DNA of 32,160 nt from Pseudorhodobacter antarcticus (GTDB lineage Bacteria > Pseudomonadota > Alphaproteobacteria > Rhodobacterales > Rhodobacteraceae): assembly GCA_945861995.1 (NCBI GenBank), contig CAMAWZ010000001.1:1-32160 (forward strand). The letters run 5' to 3'. Below the pieces are notes generated by a model. It had not been told where the DNA came from. It made no database searches and saw only the letters and a list, made by a program, of their open reading frames with translations. A program made the translations under genes and the position numbers. Below, piece after piece: positions 24,859 to 32,160 of this stretch; within the stretch, counting starts at the first letter, position 1; the number at the start of each line of letters is the position of its first letter.

Positions 24859-26658
24859 TTACGCGGGGATATCCAGAACAGAGCTGATAAGCTTTTTGGT
24901 ATAAGGATGCACTGGCCGCGCGCACAGCGCTTGGGCGTCGTTGATTTCGACAATACGGCCGTTATGCAACACCGCGATACGATCGGCGATAGACCGCACC
25001 ACGGCCAGATCATGCGACACGAAGATGGCCGCAACGTCATGCTTTCTGGCCAGATCACGGATCAGCGCCAAAACCGCCGCCTGCACCGACACGTCAAGCG
25101 CTGTGGTGATCTCGTCGCACAACAGCAAATCTGGCCCCGCCGCGAAGGCGCGCGCGATGGCGACCCTTTGGCGTTCCCCCCCTGAAAGCTGCGCGGGCAT
25201 CCGATCCAAGGTCGCCGCACCCAAGCGCACTTCGCCAAGAAGATCAGTCGCCTTGGCGCGCAGTTCAGAACGTGGCACTTGCCCGTAAAGCATCAGGGGC
25301 TGGGCCAAAAGATCTAGAACGCGATGCCGAGGGTTTAGCGACGCATCAGGGTTCTGAAAGATCAGTTGGATCGCGCGAAGCTGGGACAACGGTCGATCCG
25401 CAGCGCTCGCCGCAAGAGGGTGGGCGAGGCCCTTGGACATAAGCGTGATCTGGCCAGTATTTGGTGTGGCAAGCCCAGCAATTGCCCGCAGAATGGTAGA
25501 CTTGCCCGACCCAGATTCGCCCACAAGCCCCAACACTTCGCCCCTGCCTAGTGTGAAACTTACATCCTCGACCACGGGCTTTTGCGCGCGACGGGCGAAC
25601 AGGCCCTGCTTGGGGTAGCCGACCGACAGCTCTTGAATGGAAAGCAGGGGGGCACCCTTGGCAAATTCGGTCGCGGGGCGCTGCGACGCTGGGGCGGGCG
25701 CGATGTTGGGGCGCAAGCACGCGATCTTGTGATCCTGCGCGACCAACACCAACTCGGGGCGCTGCGTGTGGCAGGCCTCCTGCACAAAAGCACAGCGCGG
25801 CGCAAAACGGCAGCCAGACGGCAGATGAAACAGCGAAGGGGGGCTTCCCTCAATCGGCAAAGGCAGGCCCGCTGCACCAAGGCGCGGGATCGACGCCACA
25901 AGCGCCTGTGTATAGGGATGAAGGGGCCGCGCCAGAACAACAGACAGCGGCCCTTGCTCGACCATGGCACCAGCGTACATCACCCCGATCCTGTCACACA
26001 GACGCGCCAAAACGCCCAGATCGTGACTGACGCACAATATGCCAACTTTTGCCCGCTGCCGCAGATCGACCAGCAAATCCAGCAGCGCGGACTGCGTGGT
26101 AACATCAAGCCCCGTTGTAGGCTCGTCCAAAAGCAGCACTTCTGGCTGACCCGCCAAGGCCATAGCGATTGCGGCCCGCTGCACTTGCCCACCAGACAAT
26201 TCGTGTGGATAGCGGCGCGCAATCATGGCTGGCTCCGGCAGACGAACCCTGCCCAGAAGGTCAAGAACCCGCCCAGACCTCTCGCGCTTGCCCAGCGCAC
26301 TGTGCAGCACCAAAGCTTCGTCAATTTGCGCGCCGATCCGGCGGCTGGGGTTAAGCGCGGTCGCAGCGTTTTGCGGAATAAGCGCAATCTTGCCGCCGCG
26401 AACCGATGCAAGGGCGGCATCCGATTGCCCAAGCATCGGCGAACCGTTCAGCCTGACTGACCCGCCAATGGCCTGCAAACCTGGCCGCATCATGCCCATA
26501 AGTGACAAAAGCAGCGTGCTTTTGCCCGATCCTGATTCCCCCGCTATACCCAAACTCTCGCCTTGGCCGATTGTAAGGGAAACCTTGCCGACAACCAAAA
26601 AGCCCTCCCCCCCGACTTGTAGGTTTTCCACCTCAAGCAGGGGCGCGGAAGTTGTCAT
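24859..26658 (-). CDS. Peptide/nickel-class ABC transporter ATP-binding protein with two fused NBDs (DppD-DppF-like)
   Basis: Two GESGSGKST Walker A motifs, LSGGQVQR / LSGGERQR, LLDEPTTGLD / LCDEITTALD, two SHDL and two HPYT motifs. Confidence 0.93.
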   Translation of the reverse strand: MTTSAPLLEVENLQVGGEGFLVVGKVSLTIGQGESLGIAGESGSGKSTLLLSLMGMMRPGLQAIGGSVRLNGSPMLGQSDAALASVRGGKIALIPQNAATALNPSRRIGAQIDEALVLHSALGKRERSGRVLDLLGRVRLPEPAMIARRYPHELSGGQVQRAAIAMALAGQPEVLLLDEPTTGLDVTTQSALLDLLVDLRQRAKVGILCVSHDLGVLARLCDRIGVMYAGAMVEQGPLSVVLARPLHPYTQALVASIPRLGAAGLPLPIEGSPPSLFHLPSGCRFAPRCAFVQEACHTQRPELVLVAQDHKIACLRPNIAPAPASQRPATEFAKGAPLLSIQELSVGYPKQGLFARRAQKPVVEDVSFTLGRGEVLGLVGESGSGKSTILRAIAGLATPNTGQITLMSKGLAHPLAASAADRPLSQLRAIQLIFQNPDASLNPRHRVLDLLAQPLMLYGQVPRSELRAKATDLLGEVRLGAATLDRMPAQLSGGERQRVAIARAFAAGPDLLLCDEITTALDVSVQAAVLALIRDLARKHDVAAIFVSHDLAVVRSIADRIAVLHNGRIVEINDAQALCARPVHPYTKKLISSVLDIPA

Positions 26659-27527
26659 GCGCCAAGCACCCGGCGCGTGCGTTCAACGCCAGTCACGCGG
26701 GCCAAAGCATCGACGGCAAGGTTCACCCCTATCACAAGCGAGCTTAGGGCGAGCATTGGGCAGATCAGCGCCCACGGCGCGCGCTGCATGATGCCGCGGG
26801 CATCTGCAATCATCTGGCCCCAATCGGGGGTTGGTGGGGCGACCCCCATTCCCAGAAAGGACAAAGAACTGACGGCAAGCAAAATCCAAGACCATTGCAT
26901 TGCACCTTGCACGGCAAGGCTATCGCGCACATTTGGCAACAGTTCGGTCACTGCAATCGCCCAGCGCGCGTGGCCACGGATCTGCGCTGCGACAACAAAA
27001 TCGCGCGCTACAAAATCAAGTGCCGCGGCGCGCGCAAGGTAAACCGCAGATAATCCGTAGGAAAATCCAAGCACGGGCACAAGTGCAGCGGAACTGCTGC
27101 CCAAGGCCGCAACGAACAGCATGACCAGCAATATCCACGGGATCGACATCATGGCATCAATAAAGCGCATCACAATCGCATCGGTGCGCCCCCCGATCAG
27201 GGCTACAAGAATACCAACAGCAGACCCCCAAGCCATCGCGATGATCGTGGCCGCGGTTGCAATCAGCATCGCCTCACGCCCGCCCAGCAAAGTGCGGCTA
27301 AACACGTCACGCCCCAAACGGTCGGTGCCAAACCAATGCGCCAACGACGGCGATTGCAGCATGGCGCTCGCATCCTGATAGGTTGGATCTTGCGGGGCAA
27401 TCAGCGGCGCTGCCATTGCGACGGCCAAATGCAGGAAAACGATTGCCATACCGATGCGCCCAGACCTTTGGGCCAGCACATCGCGCACAACTTGCGGCAA
27501 GGGCAAGGCAGGCCTGCGGGCAGTCAT
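26655..27527 (-). CDS. Peptide/nickel-class ABC transporter permease (DppC-like)
   Basis: HWFGTDRLGRDVFSR, DFVVAAQIRG and LSFLGMGVAPPTPDWG. ATGA overlaps at both ends. Confidence 0.92.
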   Translation of the reverse strand: MTARRPALPLPQVVRDVLAQRSGRIGMAIVFLHLAVAMAAPLIAPQDPTYQDASAMLQSPSLAHWFGTDRLGRDVFSRTLLGGREAMLIATAATIIAMAWGSAVGILVALIGGRTDAIVMRFIDAMMSIPWILLVMLFVAALGSSSAALVPVLGFSYGLSAVYLARAAALDFVARDFVVAAQIRGHARWAIAVTELLPNVRDSLAVQGAMQWSWILLAVSSLSFLGMGVAPPTPDWGQMIADARGIMQRAPWALICPMLALSSLVIGVNLAVDALARVTGVERTRRVLGA

Positions 27528-28474
27528 CGCCGCCGCGCCCGCAGCCGGGGGTTCAGTGTCAGGGCCAAAAGGTCTGCGCCAAGATTGGTCAGAACATAGA
27601 TAAACCCAAACAACAAAGCGATGGCTTGAACCAAGGGCAGGTCTTGATCCGCAACCGCGTCAACCGCCAAGCGCCCAAGACCGGGAAAGTTGAACACACT
27701 TTCCACAATGACGACCCCACCCAAAAGCCATGCCATCGTCAACCCAATGATGCTGATCGCAGGCAAAAGCGTATTGGGCACCACATGGTGCAAGATCATG
27801 CGCCGTCGCGGCACGCCTTTCAGCCGCGCCATCTGCACGAAATCGCTTTGCATAACCTCGATCACCGAAGCCCGAACCATGCGCAAGATATGCGCGGCAA
27901 GAATAAAGATCAGCGTGGCTGCAGGCAGGATGGATGCCTTTAGCAAATCAAGGGCTGGCGCCTTGTAGCCGATGGTCACCACGCCAGCAGCCCAGCCCAA
28001 GATGACCGAGAACAGCAAAATCATCAACGTGCCCGAGATGAATTCGGGCACAGTCATTGCGAAAATCGCAATACCCGAGATGGTCATATCAAGCGGCCCG
28101 TCAGGATTTAGTCCAGCCAGCACACCAAGGCCAAGGGCAAGCGGAATGCCGATGGCGGCGGTGACCCCTGCGAGGATCAAGGTATTGCGCAGACGCCAGC
28201 CCACGATTTCAGCAATCGGGCGTTCACGCTGCATGGATATTCCCAGATCACCCGTCAGAATGTCGCCCGCCCAAGCGGCAAACCGCCACAAGGGTGGCTG
28301 ATCAAGGCCTAACCTTTTTTGACAGGCGGCAAGCATACTGTCGGACGCTCCACGCCCAAGGTTCACGCTGCACGCGTCACCGGGCATAAGTTCTAGCGCA
28401 AAAAACACCACGACAACGATAATGATCATCGTAACAAGCGCCAACCCAAGCCGTTCCAGCAGTGCAGCCGCCAT
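27524..28474 (-). CDS. Peptide/nickel-class ABC transporter permease (DppB-like)
   Basis: MPGD, LGLDQP, GDLGIS, DFVQMARLKG, VIVESVFNFPGLG and QDLPLVQ. Confidence 0.93.
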   Translation of the reverse strand: MAAALLERLGLALVTMIIIVVVVFFALELMPGDACSVNLGRGASDSMLAACQKRLGLDQPPLWRFAAWAGDILTGDLGISMQRERPIAEIVGWRLRNTLILAGVTAAIGIPLALGLGVLAGLNPDGPLDMTISGIAIFAMTVPEFISGTLMILLFSVILGWAAGVVTIGYKAPALDLLKASILPAATLIFILAAHILRMVRASVIEVMQSDFVQMARLKGVPRRRMILHHVVPNTLLPAISIIGLTMAWLLGGVVIVESVFNFPGLGRLAVDAVADQDLPLVQAIALLFGFIYVLTNLGADLLALTLNPRLRARRR

Positions 28475-28489
28475 AGCAGACGCCGCCGT

Positions 28490-29971
28490 CTACGGTGTCA
28501 TACCCACCAGATGCCAGCGGATATGGTCTTCGTCTTGGGGCGCAATACCCGTCACACGCGACGACATCACGCGGCGTCCGTTTTCTTGATAGGCGATCAG
28601 TGTTCCGCCTTCGTTGAACAGTATTTCCTGTGCCTGAACGTAAAGGGAGCGCGCCTTTTCAAGATCGAGTGTCGATCTGGCCTGATCGAGCAAGGTATCA
28701 AAGGCTGCACTGGCAAAGTGGCTTTCGTTCCATGCCGCACCCGATCGATAGGCCTCATTCAGGAACTGGTCGGCTGGGCGCTGGCCCCACGAGGTGACGG
28801 CGTTCTTTTTCAACCAAATATCATCCCAGTAGCCATCCGATGGGGCCACTGTCAGTTTGACGCGGATACCCGCCTCGGCGACTTGCTGCTGATAAACTTC
28901 GGCATATTGCACCATCCCTGGTTCCAGATCGGCGGTGAAAACCTCGATGTCGATCCCGTCTGGATAGCCAGCCTCGGCCAGCAAAGCCTTGGCGCCTGCA
29001 ATGTCTTGTGGGCAATCAAGGTTTGCGCGGAACGGATCGCTGGCCATAACGGGTGTATCACAACTGACAATCCCGTTGCCTTCGCCAGACATCAGCGCCA
29101 GCATTTCCGCGCGGTCTACTGCGATGCGCAGCGCTTTGCGGATGCGCGGATCGTCCAGCGGTGGCTGGTTGCTTTGAAAGGCAATACCAAACCACCCCCC
29201 TGCGGGATAGCTTTGAACGGTGAAATCGGTATTGCCCGTATAAAGCGGTTCTTGATCGCGGGTTAGACCGTTGTAGTCGATCTGCCCGCCCAGCATCGCC
29301 TGATTGCGCGCTTCGGAATCTGGAATCGCCGTGAACTCGATGCGATCCAGCTTTGGCGCGCCTTCCCAATATGCGGTGTTGGCGTTTAGGATCGTCGTGC
29401 TTTCGGGGTCATAGCTGTCCAGCATAAAGGGGCCAGTGCCAACGCCAAACGGGGCTGCCGCGCCTTCAGGCAACATCCGAACCCTGTAATCCATCAGCAA
29501 AAGCGGCAGGCCTGCGTGCGGTGTCGATAAACGTATCTTCGCGGTCATTGGATCAATGACATCAACGGCCTCGATCAGGCCCAGAACGTCGGTTACTGGC
29601 GATTCGAGTGCGGGATCTTTGACGCGCTCTAGCGTAAACTGTACATCTGCCGCATCAAAGGCGCTGCCATCATGAAAGGTAACGCCCGGCTGCAACGTCA
29701 GCGTCCATTCCGTTGCAGTTTCGTTCGCTGTCCAGCTCTGCGCCAACTCGGGTGCGGGGCGGCCAGTTTCGTCCTGACGGATCAGGCGGCTGTAGATCAG
29801 GTCATTCACTTCGTAAAATCGGGTTGCCGAAATAGGATCAAGACTTTCGCTTCCGCCAAAGCTAAGATCATTGGCCCGGCGCAGAATGGTGTCAGCATCT
29901 GCGGCACTGGCAAGTGTCATAAAGACGACAAAGGGCATCGCTACACGTTGGGTATGAGATTTAAATTTCAT
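28490..29971 (-). CDS. Family 5 extracellular solute-binding protein (DppA/NikA-like)
   Basis: PELAQSW, GVTFHDGSAFDAADV, GTGPF, DDPRIRKAL and AKALLAEAGY. Start placed at ATG 29971 (AAGGA upstream, Sec-type signal MKFK...ASAADA) rather than 30097. Confidence 0.9.
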   Translation of the reverse strand: MKFKSHTQRVAMPFVVFMTLASAADADTILRRANDLSFGGSESLDPISATRFYEVNDLIYSRLIRQDETGRPAPELAQSWTANETATEWTLTLQPGVTFHDGSAFDAADVQFTLERVKDPALESPVTDVLGLIEAVDVIDPMTAKIRLSTPHAGLPLLLMDYRVRMLPEGAAAPFGVGTGPFMLDSYDPESTTILNANTAYWEGAPKLDRIEFTAIPDSEARNQAMLGGQIDYNGLTRDQEPLYTGNTDFTVQSYPAGGWFGIAFQSNQPPLDDPRIRKALRIAVDRAEMLALMSGEGNGIVSCDTPVMASDPFRANLDCPQDIAGAKALLAEAGYPDGIDIEVFTADLEPGMVQYAEVYQQQVAEAGIRVKLTVAPSDGYWDDIWLKKNAVTSWGQRPADQFLNEAYRSGAAWNESHFASAAFDTLLDQARSTLDLEKARSLYVQAQEILFNEGGTLIAYQENGRRVMSSRVTGIAPQDEDHIRWHLVGMTP

Positions 29972-29996
29972 CGCAGCAGGAATCCTTGTTTGCTTA

Positions 29997-30102
29997 ATGA
30001 CAGAGCTTTTGCACCTTAAAGGGTCTGGGACTGGCCATCGCTTTACACTAGAAACGCATATCGGTGCGAATAGACAGAATAATTGTGACACCCGCAAGAC
30101 AG
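29997..30102 (-). promoter_or_regulatory. Candidate PhoB (Pho-box-like) half-sites in the divergent promoter
   Basis: On the minus strand: CTGTCTT-GCGG-GTGTCAC (30102-30085, 11-bp period), CTGTCTA (30077-30071) and CTGTCAT (30003-29997), compared with the consensus CTGTCAT-N4-CTGTCAY. Confidence 0.35.
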
Positions 30103-30141
30103 TTCAAAAAGGGCCTCGGCGGTGTCGACTTTGGAGGTATC

Positions 30142-31029
30142 ATGCAGATTGTGACCTATAACATTCAATGGGGAAAGGGTCAGGACGACGTCGTTGACCT
30201 GTCTCGCATCGCCCAAACCGTCGCCAATGCTGACGTGATTTGCCTGCAGGAAGTAGAGCGCAATTGGCGCGATATGCCAAACAGTGATCAGGTCGCGCGG
30301 CTTGCGGCCCTTCTGCCCGACCATTATGCGATTTTCTCGCCAACGGTTGATCTTCATGATCATCGCGAAAACGCCACCAAAGGCCGCCGCCAATATGGCC
30401 TGATGATTTTGTCGCGCTGGCCCATCCTGTCGACCAGAACTTTTCCTTTGCCCAAATATCCCGTGCAAGGCAGCCTTAACGACTCTTCTGGTTTGCAAGA
30501 AGCTGTCATTGCACCGGGCGGGCAAGGGGTGCGTATCTACAACACGCATCTCAACTATCTATCGCAGCGCCAGCGCCGCCTTCAGATCGACGAAATTATG
30601 AAGGTCATCGCCGACGCGCCGCTTCAAGGTGGCGCGATCGTCGGGCCAGGCGTGCCAGAGGCGGAGTATCGACAGGACTGGATTGCAATTGGGCCCGAAG
30701 ACGTGCCCGCAATGCCCGTCCCTGCCATTCTGAGTGGGGATTTCAATATGCGGCCGAATTCCCCAAACTATGATCAGATCGTGGGCGAGAGTGATCCGTT
30801 CTACGGCCGCCTACCCGACCTTGCACGCTTTAGCGATGTGTTGACCCTTGTCGGACAGCCCGAGCAAGAGGGATCGACCCATGCCGAGGTTGACCACGCA
30901 GGGTATCAAAGGATTGACCATATCTTCGTATCTGGGGATCTGGTCGGCTGCGTAACCCGTGCTTGGATTGATACAAAGGCCGATGGCTCGGACCATCAAC
31001 CAGTCTTTGCAGAGGTTTCGTTTCCTTAA
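30142..31029 (+). CDS. Endonuclease/exonuclease/phosphatase (EEP) family protein
   Basis: TYNI, ICLQEV, NTHL, GDFN, IDHIF and SDHQP catalytic motifs. ATG 30142 has a GGAGG RBS (not 30064). No signal peptide. Confidence 0.92.
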   Translation: MQIVTYNIQWGKGQDDVVDLSRIAQTVANADVICLQEVERNWRDMPNSDQVARLAALLPDHYAIFSPTVDLHDHRENATKGRRQYGLMILSRWPILSTRTFPLPKYPVQGSLNDSSGLQEAVIAPGGQGVRIYNTHLNYLSQRQRRLQIDEIMKVIADAPLQGGAIVGPGVPEAEYRQDWIAIGPEDVPAMPVPAILSGDFNMRPNSPNYDQIVGESDPFYGRLPDLARFSDVLTLVGQPEQEGSTHAEVDHAGYQRIDHIFVSGDLVGCVTRAWIDTKADGSDHQPVFAEVSFP

Positions 31030-31233
31030 ATTTTGCAAGCGAGAATGCCCCGAAGGTGACCTTATCGGCACAAATGAAGGCCGCCCCACAGTGATTTGGA
31101 ACGGTGACTTGAATCTGCATCTATAATAGGTCTTTGCCAGCCGAGCACCTGCAAAACTCCGCCAAGATCGTTGGTTGGTAAACTGTCCGATCTTCGCCAT
31201 CATGGCAGGTTCCTTGCCCAAGGTAAGGGCGCG

Positions 31234-32160
31234 CTACACAGCGATAGGCTGCTCCTTTGGCGAAAGCACTGGTGCAAGATCATTCGGTATCCGCCGTCCT
31301 GTCGCCGCATCGAACAAATGGATACGCTGCGGTGGGAAATCCAGCCCAACAGTCGAACCCGCCGCCAATTCGGGGCGATCTTCGGTCAGAACGCAAATCG
31401 GAATATCTTCAAACATCAGGTTACACAGCCGGCTTGCACCCAACTCTTCGATCATATCGACCTGCGCATCAATCATACCTTCCCCTGCGCGGACAAGGGT
31501 CGCGTGTTCGGGGCGAATGCCAAGATGCACAAGATGCCCGTGAGGCAGATCAGGCTGGCTGGCCAATGGCACCAATCGGCCGCTTTCCAGCACTACGCCG
31601 CGCTGCGCCACCGATATTTGACCTGGCAGAAAATTCATCGCTGGGCTGCCGATAAAACCTGCAACATAAATCGAGGCAGGGTTGTCATAGATTTCGGCGG
31701 GGCGGCCCACCTGTTCAATCGTGCCCTTGTTCATCACCACCAGACGGTCGGCCAGCGTCATGCCCTCGTGCTGGTCATGGGTCACAAATACCGACGTCGC
31801 CTTGATCTGATTATGGATGCGGCGGATTTCATGGCGCATTTGCACGCGCAGTTTGGCGTCAAGGTTGGACAGCGGCTCGTCAAACAAGAACACTTTGGGG
31901 GATCGGATGATGGCACGGGCCATGGCGACGCGCTGACGCTGCCCCCCTGACAATTGACCAGGTTTGCGATCTAGAAAATCAGCCAAGCCCACCGATTTTG
32001 CCGTGGCCTCGACACGCGATTGGCGTTCGGCCTTGGGGATACCCGCCACTTTCAGCGCATAACCGATGTTTTCAGCCACAGTCATATGCGGATAAAGCGC
32101 ATAGTTTTGGAAAACCATGGCGCAGCCACGCTCGCGCGGTTCTAATTCATTCACCACCTC
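31234..32160 (-). CDS. ugpC: Carbohydrate/sn-glycerol-3-phosphate ABC ATP-binding protein (UgpC/MalK-like), 5'-truncated by the window edge
   Basis: VNELEPRERGCAMVFQNYALYPHM, LSGGQRQRVAMARAI, FLFDEPLSNLDAKLRVQMR, VTHDQ, FIGSPAMN and LGIRPEH. The frame is open to the window end. Confidence 0.85.
   Translation of the reverse strand, partial: EVVNELEPRERGCAMVFQNYALYPHMTVAENIGYALKVAGIPKAERQSRVEATAKSVGLADFLDRKPGQLSGGQRQRVAMARAIIRSPKVFLFDEPLSNLDAKLRVQMRHEIRRIHNQIKATSVFVTHDQHEGMTLADRLVVMNKGTIEQVGRPAEIYDNPASIYVAGFIGSPAMNFLPGQISVAQRGVVLESGRLVPLASQPDLPHGHLVHLGIRPEHATLVRAGEGMIDAQVDMIEELGASRLCNLMFEDIPICVLTEDRPELAAGSTVGLDFPPQRIHLFDAATGRRIPNDLAPVLSPKEQPIAV

Noticed and set aside
31030-31233. Decayed gene (e.g. 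ugpQ) after the UgpC-like gene, suggested by AAGGAA-N6-ATGATG on the minus strand near 31203
   Set aside because: None of the three minus-strand frames gives a recognisable protein. BLASTx would be needed to support it.
1-32160. CRISPR arrays, tRNA/rRNA genes, phage or defence genes, intact transposases
   Set aside because: No regularly spaced repeats, cloverleaf or rRNA-like segments were seen, and nearly all sequence is accounted for by metabolic and transport genes.

Overview
A gene-dense, moderately GC-rich (roughly 55-60% by eye) bacterial window that looks alphaproteobacterial, probably Rhodobacteraceae-like (inference from protein style and an IS3 end I recognise from that group). Block 1 (1-19335, all + strand, 19 genes) is an apparently uncharacterised catabolic cluster. 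It encodes a hydantoinase/oxoprolinase subunit (cut by the window edge), PxpA, a split urea-carboxylase-like biotin enzyme (BCCP, biotin carboxylase, PxpB-like and PxpC-like subunits), a signal-less solute-binding-protein paralogue coupled to a double-HTH GntR regulator, a PotABCD-type ABC importer with two different ATPases, two SDRs, an amidase, an Old Yellow Enzyme, a PuuE-like deacetylase, a small CxxC protein and a COG0523 GTPase. The signal-less binding protein has an in-frame TAG that cuts off a conserved C-terminus. Block 2 (19336-24858) is a patchwork: an SDR with a 17-codon upstream ORF, an unannotated TetR pseudogene ending at an IS3 remnant, an AarF/UbiB kinase, a beta-hydroxyacid dehydrogenase and an XylX-like FAH protein. 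Block 3 (24859-32160) is a peptide/nickel-class ABC importer divergent from an EEP phosphoesterase, with Pho-box-like half-sites between them and a UgpC-like ATPase at the edge. No rRNA, tRNA or CRISPR array was seen. All family calls are by-eye motif recognition; no searches were run.
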